Shown in pieces: positions 10,891-22,502 of a DNA stretch of 64,000 bases (the stretch's first letter is position 1; each line of letters opens with the position of its first letter). Under the pieces are notes generated by a model. It was not told the DNA's origin and searched no databases. It saw only the letters and a list, made by a program, of their open reading frames with translations. Location: assembly GCF_018350175.1 (NCBI RefSeq), contig NC_058382.1:60762001-60826000 (forward strand), written 5' to 3'. The DNA comes from Felis catus. Lineage: Eukaryota. The translations under genes were made by a program, and so were the position numbers.

Positions 10891-11532
10891 GGGTCAGATT
10901 TGACCCCAGATCACAGGGGTAGTGCGAACCTGGCCTAAGGCAGCCAGAGACAAATGTGGGTGGAGAGCCGAGAGGGGGCCTGCCCCGCCCCCAACTGTGG
11001 GCCGAGCACCGAGCAGCTCTGTTCCTGGCCTAAGGGATTGATAGGTCAAGCACGGCAAGGGGCCGAGTCCCTTTAGAAAAGCCCAGGGAGGGGTTCTTTG
11101 GCAGCGGCAGAACCAAGTGTTTGCTCTCCCAGCCCCGCAAGGGGTAGAGAACATGCGGCGCCCTCCCGAGCGGGCGGGGTGTGTCTGCACAGAGGGGCCA
11201 CAGTCAGAGCGCCCCGCGTGGGAAACCCCTTCCGCTTCCCCGGCCTCTGACCAGGGCCGGGCCTGTGCCCGGCATCCAACGTGCGCGCCCGCCCTCCGCG
11301 CCTCACGGATGCCTGCCACCTACTGCGGGGGGCGCTCCCTGCAGGCCACCGGGCCTGGTGGCTCCGGCTCCGGCTCCAGCTCCCGGGTGGCACGGGGCTG
11401 GGTACGGGGCTGTGAAGTGGGATAGAGCCCGGCCTCAGACCCATCCCCCGCCTTTGGCGGTCAGACCTGCACCTGCGCCGGAGGAGGCGAATAAAGGCAA
11501 GGCCTGTCGTGTGCTTTTAAAAATTATTCAAA

Positions 11533-11538
11533 TTTAAT
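11533..11538 (-). terminator. PABPN1L: Probable PABPN1L polyadenylation signal (ATTAAA)
   Basis: ATTAAA on the minus strand in an isolated AT-rich patch ~325 nt past the stop codon. Confidence 0.6.
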
Positions 11539-11863
11539 TTACTCTTTGCCATTAAGACACGTTTCTACTTTTCTTTAAAACGACTTAGCCCCGAGCTGAC
11601 TCAGCGCCGCCTGCCGGAGGCTTTGCCCAGCGCCTTCCAAAGCCCCGAGTAGCCCTCCGTGCCAGCCGCAGCCCCCACCCCCGTGCCCTGCTTCATGCGA
11701 GAGACGTTTTTGGCTCCGGCTGCGGGGTCTGGGCCGCGGTGGGAGGCCCTGGACCGTGAAGGGGACAGAGCAGTTACTCTACGCTGAATAAACGGCCCCG
11801 CCCAGAGCACGGCCCTTTACTCTCGACCCACCCCAGCCCCACTCTCAAAATCGGATCCTCCCT

Positions 11864-11903
11864 TCAATACGGTGAATACCAAGGTGAAAACCGTCCACGG
11901 CCC
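11864..11903 (-). CDS. PABPN1L: PABPN1L exon 7 (coding part)
   Basis: ctctctatgcag|G GGC CGT...PWYSPY TGA. Confidence 0.92.
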
Positions 11904-14558
11904 CTGCATAGAGAGAAGCGGAGGTGAGCTCGGCCCCCCGCCACGGCTTCTCCTCCCAGGCCCCGCCCGCCGGCTCCTCTCGGCCCCGCCCACTGACCAC
12001 ATCCCGGTCCGGCCCACAGGTCCCCTTCCCCGGGCCCCGCCCGCCGGCCGCGCCTCGCCCACGGGCCCCTCCCGGGCCCCGCCCCCCGCCCGCGGCCCCC
12101 GCCCACCGGTTCCGCCCCCGAGGTCTGAAGCGGGCCCCGCCCTGGAGGCTGCTGCGGGGGAACGGTCCTCCTCTGGCGCCTGGCCGTCCTCGGAAGCCCC
12201 CGCGGTCGGTAGAGCTGATCCCCGGCAAGTTGGTCCTTTTGGGCAGCACCTGAAACCAAAGTCTGAGTCCCTCTGAGACCCCTGTCCTTGGACCCTTCTC
12301 CGCCGCGCAGCCTGAATCCAGCCCAGGCCAGAGCCCGGGGCTGATGCTGCCTCCAGGAAACCCCGGATTTCTCTGCTGGAGGCTCAGAGGCAGGTGTGCA
12401 CAGGCCCCAGCGCCCGCCAGCCCTTGCGGCGGTAATTACAAACCCACAGCTAACCTGTTCCCTGCCAACCTTCTCAAAATCACCACTTAGGCCTGAACTG
12501 TCCAGCCACAGACGTGGTCAGGTGACGTGCCCCTGTCAGCCCAGCATCTCGCAAAGGTCCAGCTGGGGAAGGGGGCCTCCCAATGCCACATCCAGTCCGG
12601 AGGCAACCGCCGCCCCTGCGGCCCGGCCGATGTGCCCAGAGACACTTGGGGGTTGGAGAAGGGTCCTCTTGGCTTCCCTGTGCTTGCGTTTTCCTGGTTC
12701 CTCGGGGATTAACGGGTTAAAGTGAAGAAGCTCACAGCAGAGTTTTAGGGGACGCACCTTGATGACTCGGCCTCGGAAGATGCTCTTGTCCAACGCCACC
12801 GCGGCCTGGGCTGAGCTCTCGGCAGCAAACTCTATGTAGGCGTAGCTGGGGTGGGTGGGCATGGCGGGTGAGGGCCACCCCGAGGTACCCAGGCTCCCCG
12901 GGACCCCAGGGCGCCCGGCCCCTCCGGGGGCCTCCTCCCTGAGCCCCCTCCCCCACCCCCATGGCCTGCCTGGCACTGACCCCTTGGGGTGTCCAGAGAA
13001 CTTGTCGCATAGGATGGTGACCCGGTGAACCTCCCCGCAGGAGTTGAAGTAGGCTTCTAGCTCCTCAGCTGTGCCCCCATAGTCCACCTGCCACAGGTAC
13101 GGGCCCCTGGTGTGGGGAGGCCTCACCCTCCTGGGGTCTCCCACAGCACGTTTTCTTGGTAGCAGAGGTCTCTGTCCCCCACCCCTGTTGGGGATGGACC
13201 GGAGACAAAGACGTACGCACCCCCCGTGTGTTGGGCGAACCCCCAGGTTTATTTGGCCTGTCCAGAGAGCACGTGGCTTTTAAAAGTGGAATCTGTTGCC
13301 AATGATTGGCCGAGCGGAGATTTCAGGTGGAAACCCTGACTCCCAGGTCATGCTGGGAAAGCAGGATGTGAGGACACGGGGCCCAGGTTCCCTCTGGGGG
13401 GCAGCCCTCTGGCTTCTCTCCTCCTGGACCTGTGTCCCTTCCTTTAACCCCACGGCCAGGAGGAGGTGGCAAACCCCAAGAGGCCCCATCTTGCCCCCTC
13501 CCTGACTCACATTCCCCACATAGACGGATCTGTGGTCGGACTCCAGCTGCTCCGTGGGGGGCCCAGGGCAGGTGCAACCTACAGAGAGGGGGGCCTCAGG
13601 ACAGCGGGTCTCCCTACCGGCAAGAAGGGGGCCCTTCCGGCAGGTGCCTCACATTTGTGGCTCACTCCTCACTGCTTGTGGGAAGAGGGTCACCCCTTGG
13701 GACTGTTCCGGCAGGGCCGCTGCCCGGCCCGACGCAGAGACCCTCAGACCCTCGCCGTGAGCTGGCACTAGGGGCTCAGAGCCGCGTGCCTGACGACTGG
13801 TGGCCCACCGCCAGGGGAGGGGCTGGCCCGGCCCCCTGGCTCCTACCTGCCTCGGGGCTCAGCAGCTGCCCGGCCGGTGTGGCCCCGGCGCCCTCCTCCC
13901 GTCCCGCCTGGCCCTGCGCCCCAGGCGGCTCCGGTCCTTGGGCCTGTTCCATGGCCCACAGCTTCACTTTGATGGCCTCCAGCTCCTGCCAGCAGGACCC
14001 CACACTGAGCCCAGAGGCAGGGTGGCCCCTGGGCTCCTCTTGGGGGGAGGGGGGAGTAGGCCTGACCGTGCCCGTCCTCAGGGTCCCTGGCTACTCAGGG
14101 ACAGCTGGGGGGGAGGGGTCCTGGAACGGGACTGGGAAGGCCATGTGGACTGGGGCCCTGCCATCCTACCCAGCCTTGCAGGGGTGGGCAGCCCCCCTAC
14201 CCTCTTCTAGGCAGGGGGACAGTGGCCCGGGAAAGGTCTGAGCTGCAGCCGTGGGTCCCCTTGAATCCAGGTCCTGGCCAGCCTCCGCTGGGCTCCACGT
14301 GGGTGTTACCTGGTCAGCTTCCGGGTACTCGGCCAGCTCCTCCCTCTCCAAGAGAGACAGGGGGAAGCCTGCATCTTCGGGGTCTTTCTCCGCTTCCCCT
14401 GGCTCCCCCTCCTTCCTGTCCCCACTCCCTGGCTCCAGAGGGGGCTTCTCGGCCCTGCCCCAGGCCCCCCAGCCCTGGGCCTCAGGGTCCGAGGAAGCCC
14501 TTTGCAGCCAGGCCCGGGTCGGGGGTGGGAAGAGAGCGTGGCTGAGGAAGGGCCACAT
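11864..14558 (-). CDS. PABPN1L: Embryonic poly(A)-binding protein 2 / PABPN1-like, complete: join(14558-14310,13985-13847,13578-13511,13087-12981,12845-12758,12249-12107,11903-11864), 277 aa
   Basis: 834 nt in frame: [13 protein letters not shown]..., coiled-coil [16 protein letters not shown] (SVYVGNVDYGG...HPKGYAYIEF...RGRVIKVLPKRTN), Arg/Gly tail ending FSPWYSPY*. All introns are GT-AG. Confidence 0.95.
12107..12249 (-). CDS. PABPN1L: PABPN1L exon 6
   Basis: tttcag|[18 protein letters not shown]...RGRN R|gtggg. Confidence 0.93.
12758..12845 (-). CDS. PABPN1L: PABPN1L exon 5
   Basis: [29 protein letters not shown]|gtgcgt. Confidence 0.95.
12981..13087 (-). CDS. PABPN1L: PABPN1L exon 4
   Basis: [36 protein letters not shown]|gtcagt. 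Confidence 0.95.
13511..13578 (-). CDS. PABPN1L: PABPN1L exon 3
   Basis: ctctctgtag|(G)[22 protein letters not shown]|gtgagt. Confidence 0.92.
13847..13985 (-). CDS. PABPN1L: PABPN1L exon 2
   Basis: cag|[14 protein letters not shown]...LLSPEA G|gtagg. Confidence 0.9.
14310..14558 (-). CDS. PABPN1L: PABPN1L exon 1
   Basis: MWPFLS...EADQ|gtaac. Confidence 0.9.
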
Positions 14559-17500
14559 GGGCGGGCCGAGGGGCAGGCGGACGAGGCCTCCCTGGCCGCT
14601 CGCCTCCACGCTAGCACCTGCCCTCACCCGCCCAGGGTTTTAAGCCCCTCACCAGGCCAGCTGCTTCCACTAGAGCGCTTAAAAGGCTTCCCGCAGGGCT
14701 GAACTTCCAGCCCCCGCTTCTGGGCCAGCCCCTTCTCCCCAACCCGGGCCGATGCCCCCCGTTGGGGAGAGAAGAGGGCTCCGCCTGCAAGGGCTTGCCA
14801 CGCTCACTGGACCTGCTCAGGCTGGCGGGCCACAGGGAGGATGGCGTATAGGAGAAGGGGGTGCTTCCTGGAGGAGACGGTGTTTGGGCCAGCCTAGAGG
14901 GACTGGGGGCACAGCTAGGGCAGAGGATTGCATGGGCATGGGGCCCGGCGTGAGCAAAGACCTGGAGCAGGGAGGGCAGGGTGTGTGCCACAGGGCGGGG
15001 CCCGGCCCCTCCTCTTGACCCTCCATCGATTCCCCGCGGACGCTCCCCTCTCGCGCCCCTCTCTGGGCCAGCTTGTGCGTGGGAGCCGCTCACAGGAGGC
15101 CGGAGTCCCGTCCTGGCCACGGGGCCTAAGGGCTGAACCCTGGGCAGATCTGGGGTGGACACTGCTTGTCTTCCTTCTGTGAGGCTTCTGCTTCTCAGTT
15201 CTCGCCCCTGGAGGGCGGCCGTGGGCCTTTGTCCCCAAGTGCCCCGCTCTCCATCTGTCCTCGCTGAGCGGCCCCTCTGGCCTCAGCCTGGCTCAGCCGT
15301 GTGGAGCTCCTGGTTCGTGTTTTCTCTGGCCACGTTTGCCCCGCCCAGAGCCCCCCTCCAGGCCTTAGCTGGGAGGTCCACGCGGGGCAAACCGGGGTCT
15401 CTTCCCGGGGAGCTGGGAACTGGGGGAGAGGCGCAGCTTACACGGAGCGGGTCTGTGCGGCCCCGGAGCCGGACAGCCTCTCTGCCCAGCTGGGCGGGGG
15501 TGTGGGAGCACTGGTGGCTGAGGCTGTAGCCCTCGGAAGCAGCAGGGCCCCGCCTCCCGGGCCCGAGCCCCCTTCCCTCGCTCGCCTGGCTCTGCTCTCT
15601 CACTTCCGGGGCAGGGTCTGTAGGCCCGGGGCACGTGACACCTGCTGTGGTCCTGTATGCATGGGGGGGGAGCGGGGGGGGGGGCACCTTGCCCGCCACA
15701 CCCCCTCTGTTTCCTGCTGCACACAGCCACACGCACTTACAGGGGCAAGACTCCAGGGGGCCCCATCGCTACTGCACGGCTGTTTCCAGGAAGCCTTCCT
15801 GATTCCTCCTCCTTTCTCTCTCGGCCATGGCACCAGGCCTCCCCCTCGGGCTGTACGTCACACCCCCCCGGGTCTCCCCCGGCAGGCCACGGTGCCTGAA
15901 GGGCAGTATCCACGTCTGTGCTGAGGACGGGACCTCCGCCCAAAGCTGGCTGGGTGAGGACGGAAGGGTGGGCACTGCCCGCCTCTCTCCCGTAACTCGA
16001 GGCAGTCGGGTCCTCTCCCTCCTTGCAGGTCCGGGGCCCCGGGGAGGGCCTCTGGCCTGGGCCCGTCCCTCCACCTCCACGTGGGAGGCAGAACACCACA
16101 GTGGCCGTGTGCAAGCCAAGAGCCGGCTGGGCTCAGGCCGGGCCCCCGGCCAGCCTCCCTCTGAGCTCAGGTCTCTGCAATGGAAAAACGCTGTCACCCT
16201 GCTCTCGGCTGAAGTTGCTGACACACCAGGCCCAGCTGGGGTTCCCGCCAGCCGCCTGGCGTGGAGACAGGCTTGCCCCCAGGCTGGCCTTTCCAATGAC
16301 GCCTTTCAGAATACATCATGTTCCAAGCCTGGGCCCAAGTATTAATAACACTCCTTCCTTCCAGAAGCCGCCAGCAAACCGGGAGTGCCGAGTCCTGGGC
16401 ATCCGACTCTGGTGAGGACCTGACCTGGGAGCCAGGACACCATGGCTGTGACACCCTGGCTCCTCGGGGTCAAGGTGTCCCTCTCCTCGGTGTCCACCCT
16501 GAGGGTCTTGTGGGGGCCCAAGGTCATCCAGATCACCTAGCGGACACAGCCTTTGAAAGTTCACCCCACGTGCAAACACATGGGAGGCTGTGGGTGAACC
16601 CAGCCAGGAGGCCGGCCCATTCCCATTCAGCCCCAACTCAGGTCACCCATTTGCCCACCCCCAGAGGGCAGGGCCTTGCCGATCGCACACGGCTCCCAGG
16701 GAGCCCCCGGGACGTCTCCGGTGAATAAACACCTGGAACCGAGGAGAGGCACAGCCCGTGATGGCAAATGTTGGCTTTATTACAGACACAGATAACGGAC
16801 GTGACCTGAATCGTGACGTCTTACAGCACCCAGGTCAGACAAAGCACGTCAGGGGACACGCGACGGGGACGGCATGCCACGGGTCCCGCGGTGCTGGGGA
16901 AAACCCGCTACAGGGAAACGAACCGACGCTTGGTCCAACTCCTTTTGGGGAGTTGGAAAAAGAAGAGGAAAATCCATCCAGTCCCCCTGAGGCTGTGGGT
17001 GGCCTGCCCTGGCCCGTGAAGACCAGCCCGGCTGGGCTCCTCCGTCCAGGTGGACAGGCACCCCCGCCTCCGTTGCGACGTGCAAACAACAGGCTCCACT
17101 TTGAGTCCAGACGTTGCCTTGGTGCCACAAGGGGGTCCTTGGGGTGGTACTCCAGGGGCCGGCTGAGCGGAAGAAGGAATAGAAAGCGTGCAAGATGGAG
17201 TCTTCCAGAACCGTGGGAGCGGACAGGTGCCGTTGCAGACGCCGGGCCTCCCCGGGCCCCCTCCGGACGGGCGGAGGAGTAGATGTGCCCCGGCCTGGCT
17301 CCCTGGCTCCTTCTCCTGCAGAGTTGCTAGCAGGACCACCTGCGGTCCCAGCCCCGTTTGGGAAAACGCCCCTTGTGGCATGGGGGCCTCTAGTGTCCGG
17401 GAGAATCCCCCCCTGCCATCGGCCAAGTTCAGCTTGGGCAGGGTCTGTTCCTCCATCTCCCCGGAGCTCTAAATGGCCAGTCTGCAGAGTCTGCCACCCC

Positions 17501-18029
17501 GGGATGGGAGGCGGGAGTGGGACGTGGGCAGAGCCAGCCTCGAGCACCTGGGGAGGGGAAGAGATGCGGGAGCGCTGGGCGCTCTCTTCCCCCACCCTCT
17601 CCTTTCCTGAGGCCACCTCCTCTAGGCCGTGACCCCCGGAGACAAGGACAGGAGAGGGCGGCCTGCCCCACAATGTTGGGGTCCTGCCAGGGAATGTGCT
17701 CACCCTGACCGGTGGCCCTGGTCACAGGGCCCCTGAGCAGGTGTGTGGGCCACCTCCCAATGAGCACTCCTGGCCCACGGCCACCACACTTGCCAGGCGG
17801 GCCCAGACCGGCCAAAGCTACCGCTGGGACGTTGGTCCAATCTTCTCCCAACGCCCGCAGTACTGCCTTATCTGTCGCTGCAGCAGGCCGGGACCAATGG
17901 TTGAGGTGCTGGGGGAGGCCGGCCGTGCCCACGGGCAGATTCCTTTAGGGCAGTTAAGGTCACGGGAAATCCAAAATGCCCTCGTAGCTTTGGAACACCG
18001 AGGGACTTGGTGAGGCTACTCTGGGTTCG

Positions 18030-18560
18030 GCGGATGGAGAGGTGAACAGGGCGGATGGACTGAGGCGCGGCTGTGTGGGTTAGATTGGGGAACGGACAGA
18101 TGACGTGTGTGGTGTGTATAGGGGGGACTGGTGGAGAGGCGGGTGGTGATCGGGTGGAAGTATGAATGGGGGAGGGTGGAATCGGGTGACAGCTGGGACA
18201 CAGCAATGGATGGACACGTGGATGGGCGGGCATTTGGCTGAACGGGTGAGTAGGTGGGTGGACGCGTGGGTTGGGAGATGGACGGATGGATGGATGACTT
18301 GATAGGTGTATGGGCAGGTAGATGGGTGGGTGGGTGGATAGATGAAGGGAGGAAGGATGGATAGGCGAATGGGCAGGTAGGTGGGTGGGTGGGCAGAGGG
18401 AGAGGTGATGGATGGAAGGGAGGGAGGGAGGGAGGGAGGATGGAGGATGGATAGGTGGGTGGACGGAGAGGTGGGTGGCGGGGTGGGCAGAGGCAGAGGT
18501 GATGGATGGACGGATGAACGGGTTGGCGGAGGGCCAGATGGCTGGATTGGTCGGAAGAGC
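18030..18560. repeat. Degenerate (GGAT/GGGT/GGGA)n purine-rich simple repeat
   Basis: Repeated ggatggatgg, gggtgggtgg, ggagggaggg. Confidence 0.85.
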
Positions 18561-20416
18561 GAGCTGGGGAAGAGAAGAATCAAGAAGCAATTGTAGGTTG
18601 GCTGCGGGGACGGGAAGAATGATGGCCAGACGCGCCGGCTAGAGCAGGCGGGAACGGCGAAGGAGCTTTGGTGTCATTTTGAGGATGCGTTTGGGAAAGC
18701 TGGCAAACAGGAGCAGGGCGGGGCCTGTCCTGACCCCTTCCCACCACTGTCACTGGGATGGAACCAAACCCTAACCCTCCCGGGCCCTCTCCTGTTCGTC
18801 TCCTTCTGCCACTGAACCTCTAGGGGCTCTGACGAGGGCTCGCCCCGCCTGGGGGGCCCCGGGGAAGCCCCTGGCCTGGGCGTCTAGCTCTTGTCCTACG
18901 GCCCTGACCCTCCTGGACCCCCAAGGCTTCCCTTCGGTCCCGGTGAGCTGTGGGGATGCAGACCCTCTATTCAGATGGAGCCTGGGGGAGGGGGTGCCCA
19001 CCCGCTTACACGTGGGATAGGAGGCACTGTCACCCCCCAGACATCACCTGGGGACGGTGACATGTCCTAGGATGGGAAACAAGGAGACGGAGGAGGGGGT
19101 GGGAAAGGTCGGGGGGTCACGCTGGGGGGTGGCAGAGAGGGTCTAGGGTGCCAGCATCCACTCTGTTGTCCCCTCCCCCCCACCCGTCTATCGTACGTGG
19201 CTCGGCGCTATGGCCTGGAGTCCTGGCTGCCACCTTGCCTGCCCGCCTCAGTCCGCCTTCCTGTGGCAGCTTTGGTCTCAGAACAGCAGAGGTGCCGTTT
19301 TGGTTTGATCTGGGGGGAAGGAGGCTGTATGAGAAGCGGCATCTCCCTGAGCTTCTGGGTCACCCGCGTGTCGTGTCTAACCCTGGCGGCGGCTGGCGGG
19401 AAGGAGCCCCTCGCACGCTGCGCTGCGGGCCCATGGTTTATGAGCTCGGGAAGCGGCAGGGCAGGACAGCCGCTGAGCAGAGAGCAGGAGGCTAGACCTG
19501 CTTGTGCGCGGGTCCCCTCTTGGCATAAGAGAGGCAGGGGCACAGCCGTGCCCTGGTCCCAGTCCGACCCCCAATGCAGAAACTCCGCCTGCCCTCCTCC
19601 TCCCCAAAGCCAGCCATCCGTGTTTGGTTCCGCGGCGAGGTCTTTGGCTGAACGCGGCCGGAGCACAGCGACCCACAGGAACACCAGCTCCCAGAGCAGA
19701 GAGGGTGGGAGGGGCTGTCCCGTCTCGGACCGTCGGCCTGTGGTGTGGCTGGGACACCACCGGCTGCCGACATGCTACTTTCTCTGATGTGTCTGCTGAT
19801 CCCCAAAGGGCGACCTCGTGAGGGGAAGGGGAACAGGCTGGCTCCTCCATACCTCACCCCAGTCCTGATGTCAGGGACATGCATCATCGGGGCCTTAGAT
19901 CTGCCCACCCAGACCCCCCACGTACCCGGGACAGATGCGCTTCTGACACAGCCACTCACCAGCACAACCTCGGTCCTCCAAGGGGCACAGCCAAAACCAC
20001 CATTTTAATAGGTCCGACACCTGCGCGCGCGAGAGACAGAGGCCTGGAAACACTACGGCAGGCTTCCACCGGCTCGTCCAGAGCCCCAATCCCAAACCGG
20101 TCCTTGCTTTTCTGGAACCCACGAAAGCAAACCTCTGAGAGGTTCGCAGACCCGTGGCTGGAGCCTGGGGAAATTTCCGGAGGATGAGATGGGTCTATCG
20201 CGCCTTTCAGAATTGGGTTCTGCTGTGAGGCGGGGCTCGGGGCGGCGCCCGGTCCGAGGCAGCCGCGCGGAACCCCTTCTCTGCGCACTGCACGATGGAT
20301 TCTTACAACTCTGAATAAACAACAGCAAACAAGCCCACTGCTCCCCGCAGGAACACGGTTCCGGTTTCCTTGAGAATCTACTTCCTAAACCTCACATGCT
20401 TCCGCGGTTTCTCTTT

Positions 20417-20422
20417 TTTATT
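20417..20422 (-). terminator. CBFA2T3: CBFA2T3 polyadenylation signal AATAAA (3'UTR ~20400-22202)
   Basis: AATAAA on the minus strand ~1.8 kb past the stop, at the end of a UTR-like region with AT-rich blocks. Confidence 0.75.
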
Positions 20423-22202
20423 TGGCAAACATCCCTTTTTAATTACCGTCGCCACGAACATCATCGTTGGGACCTCTGCGAGGACTATGTACATTCACAT
20501 TAACGCGTTATACCACTGACTTGCCTCCGGGCGGGGCGCCCAGGAACCCCCACTTCAGCAGCTGCTCACGCCCCGCACTGCCCTCCAGTCCCGGGAATTC
20601 CTCACGGCGACGCAGGCCGGATCGCGGGCCGCGTCTGCTCTCTTCCTCCGGGGAGTACCCGTGAGGCTCCCCTCACTCCTTCGTTGCCTCCTTGAGATCA
20701 TCGGGGCGGCTGAGTGGGGGGAGGGGACAGGGCCGGGGGGTCCGAGAGACCACCTCCCCAAGGAGCAGCTGGACGGGGACGCGGGGTTATATACAGCTGA
20801 CCGAGAGTCCGGCAGGCGCGGGGAGGGCAGACCGTTCCTGTCTGCGGCTTTTCTCCTATTTCTGCGACAGTGTGAAGAGAGGGGAGCAGGTGCGGCGGCT
20901 GCGGGGCCGGGGGCTGGGGCGGGGGGGGGGCGGGGGGCGGTGGGACGGCCTCGTGGGGCGGGAGGAGAGGTAGAGGAGGAGACGCGGAGAAGCAGGAGTC
21001 CGAAGGCCCAGTCGCTGTCTCCTGGTGCTTCGAAAAGCAGTCAAAGAATCGACCCGAGAGATTGTCACAGTTTCGTTTCGGAACTCTTCTCTCCTGGGAA
21101 GGACACGTGAGCGCTTCCTCACAAGTGGGAAACATGCAACGTGACGAAGATTCACAGAGGGCGTGAGGACAGACGGGGGCGTCCCCCGCCCGCGTGTCCA
21201 CGCGGGGCCGGCGCGCCCAGCCGAGGCCCTGCCGTCGTGGAAAAGAGACGCGTTGCTTCTTGCCGGGCGACGCCCTCCAGACTCCAAGTGCCCGCACCCC
21301 AAACACGGAATCAGAGCGAGAGAACGGGACGACAGATGAACAAATCCAGGAGTGGGGTAAAACCGCGGGAAAGGTACTTTGGCAGTGACGAAAACATTTT
21401 GGGTTTTGACGTCTTGTGTTTGCTTTTTGGGTTTCCTTTGGAGCAGAGGTGTGTCCGGCGTCCTTGGCTGGCTAGCTGGCAAGGTAGTTGACAGGTGCGC
21501 TTCCCTCCCTGTTTTTCAAAAACCTTTTTGGATTTCTACTTAAAGCCAAAGAGTTTGACATTAAAAGAAAAAAAAAAAATAACCTGAAAGCAAACCATGT
21601 TTCTCGAGTCGGAAATCGAAATTCTTCTTACCGTCTTCACCGCGCTGGCCACACGCCCCCGGGGCGGCCTCCGTGTCGCGGCGGCTCAGACCTCCAGCCA
21701 TAACACGACAATTTTCTGTCTCCCGTTTTGACCGGGAAGGGGACAAAACCCCCATTTTCTGGGTCCGTTTCTGAGTAGTTCTGTTCCACAAAACCCCCCA
21801 AAATTCTTCACCGAAAACATAAGCCACCAAACGACTAGATTTTGTTCATTAAAGAGACAGTGTGTGAAAGTCAGACAGAAGAACGGAGGGCACGAGGGCG
21901 GCAGGCAGAGCTGGCATGGGCACGCCGGCCGCCCTGCCGTCTAAAGCTTGGCGGGAGGTCTCTGAGGACGCTCGAGGTCGCGGCGGGGGGCCGCCAGGTT
22001 GCTGAGGAAGTTGCGTTGATGCAGTTTTTGTCGGTTCTGTTTTCTTTTGGAGAGAAGCAGTAGCAGCAGCGGCTCCGGCCGGCTCCCAGGGCCCCAGGGT
22101 CGGGGGCGGCGGCCGGCGGACCCGGGGGGAGGCCGGGGCCGGGCGGGGCCGGAGGGCGTGGTGGCCGCGGGGGGTGGGGGGCCGGGCGGCGGGGTCTGGG
22201 GG

Positions 22203-22502
22203 TCAGCGGGGCGCGGCGTCCAGGGGTCCGGGCGGGCCGGGGGAGCCGGGGCGGGAGGGCCCCGCGGAGCTGGCCTCGCTGGGGCTGGCGGCGCCCGTGG
22301 GCAGGCAGGGGCCCAGGCCGGCGGTGGCGTCGGGCTGTCCAGGCCCCGGGTCGGCCACGGCGGCCACGGGGCCCTGCAGGCTCTGGCCGCACACGTGGTG
22401 GTGCTTCTCCCAGTCCTTGTGCTGGCAGAAGGAACCACAGTAGCGCGCCGCGTTGCAGCCGCTGCAGGTCTCACTGGCCTTGCGCCCGCAGTTCCAGCAG
22501 CT
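22203..22502 (-). CDS. CBFA2T3: CBFA2T3 last exon, coding part (MYND zinc finger)
   Basis: ttctccag|[38 protein letters not shown]...LDAAPR TGA. Confidence 0.97.
   Translation of the reverse strand, partial: SCWNCGRKASETCSGCNAARYCGSFCQHKDWEKHHHVCGQSLQGPVAAVADPGPGQPDATAGLGPCLPTGAASPSEASSAGPSRPGSPGPPGPLDAAPR

Noticed and set aside
15000..20300. Possible extra gene between PABPN1L and CBFA2T3 (AATAAA on both strands near 16725-16781)
   Set aside because: No consistent exon structure or recognisable protein; hexamers alone are not enough.
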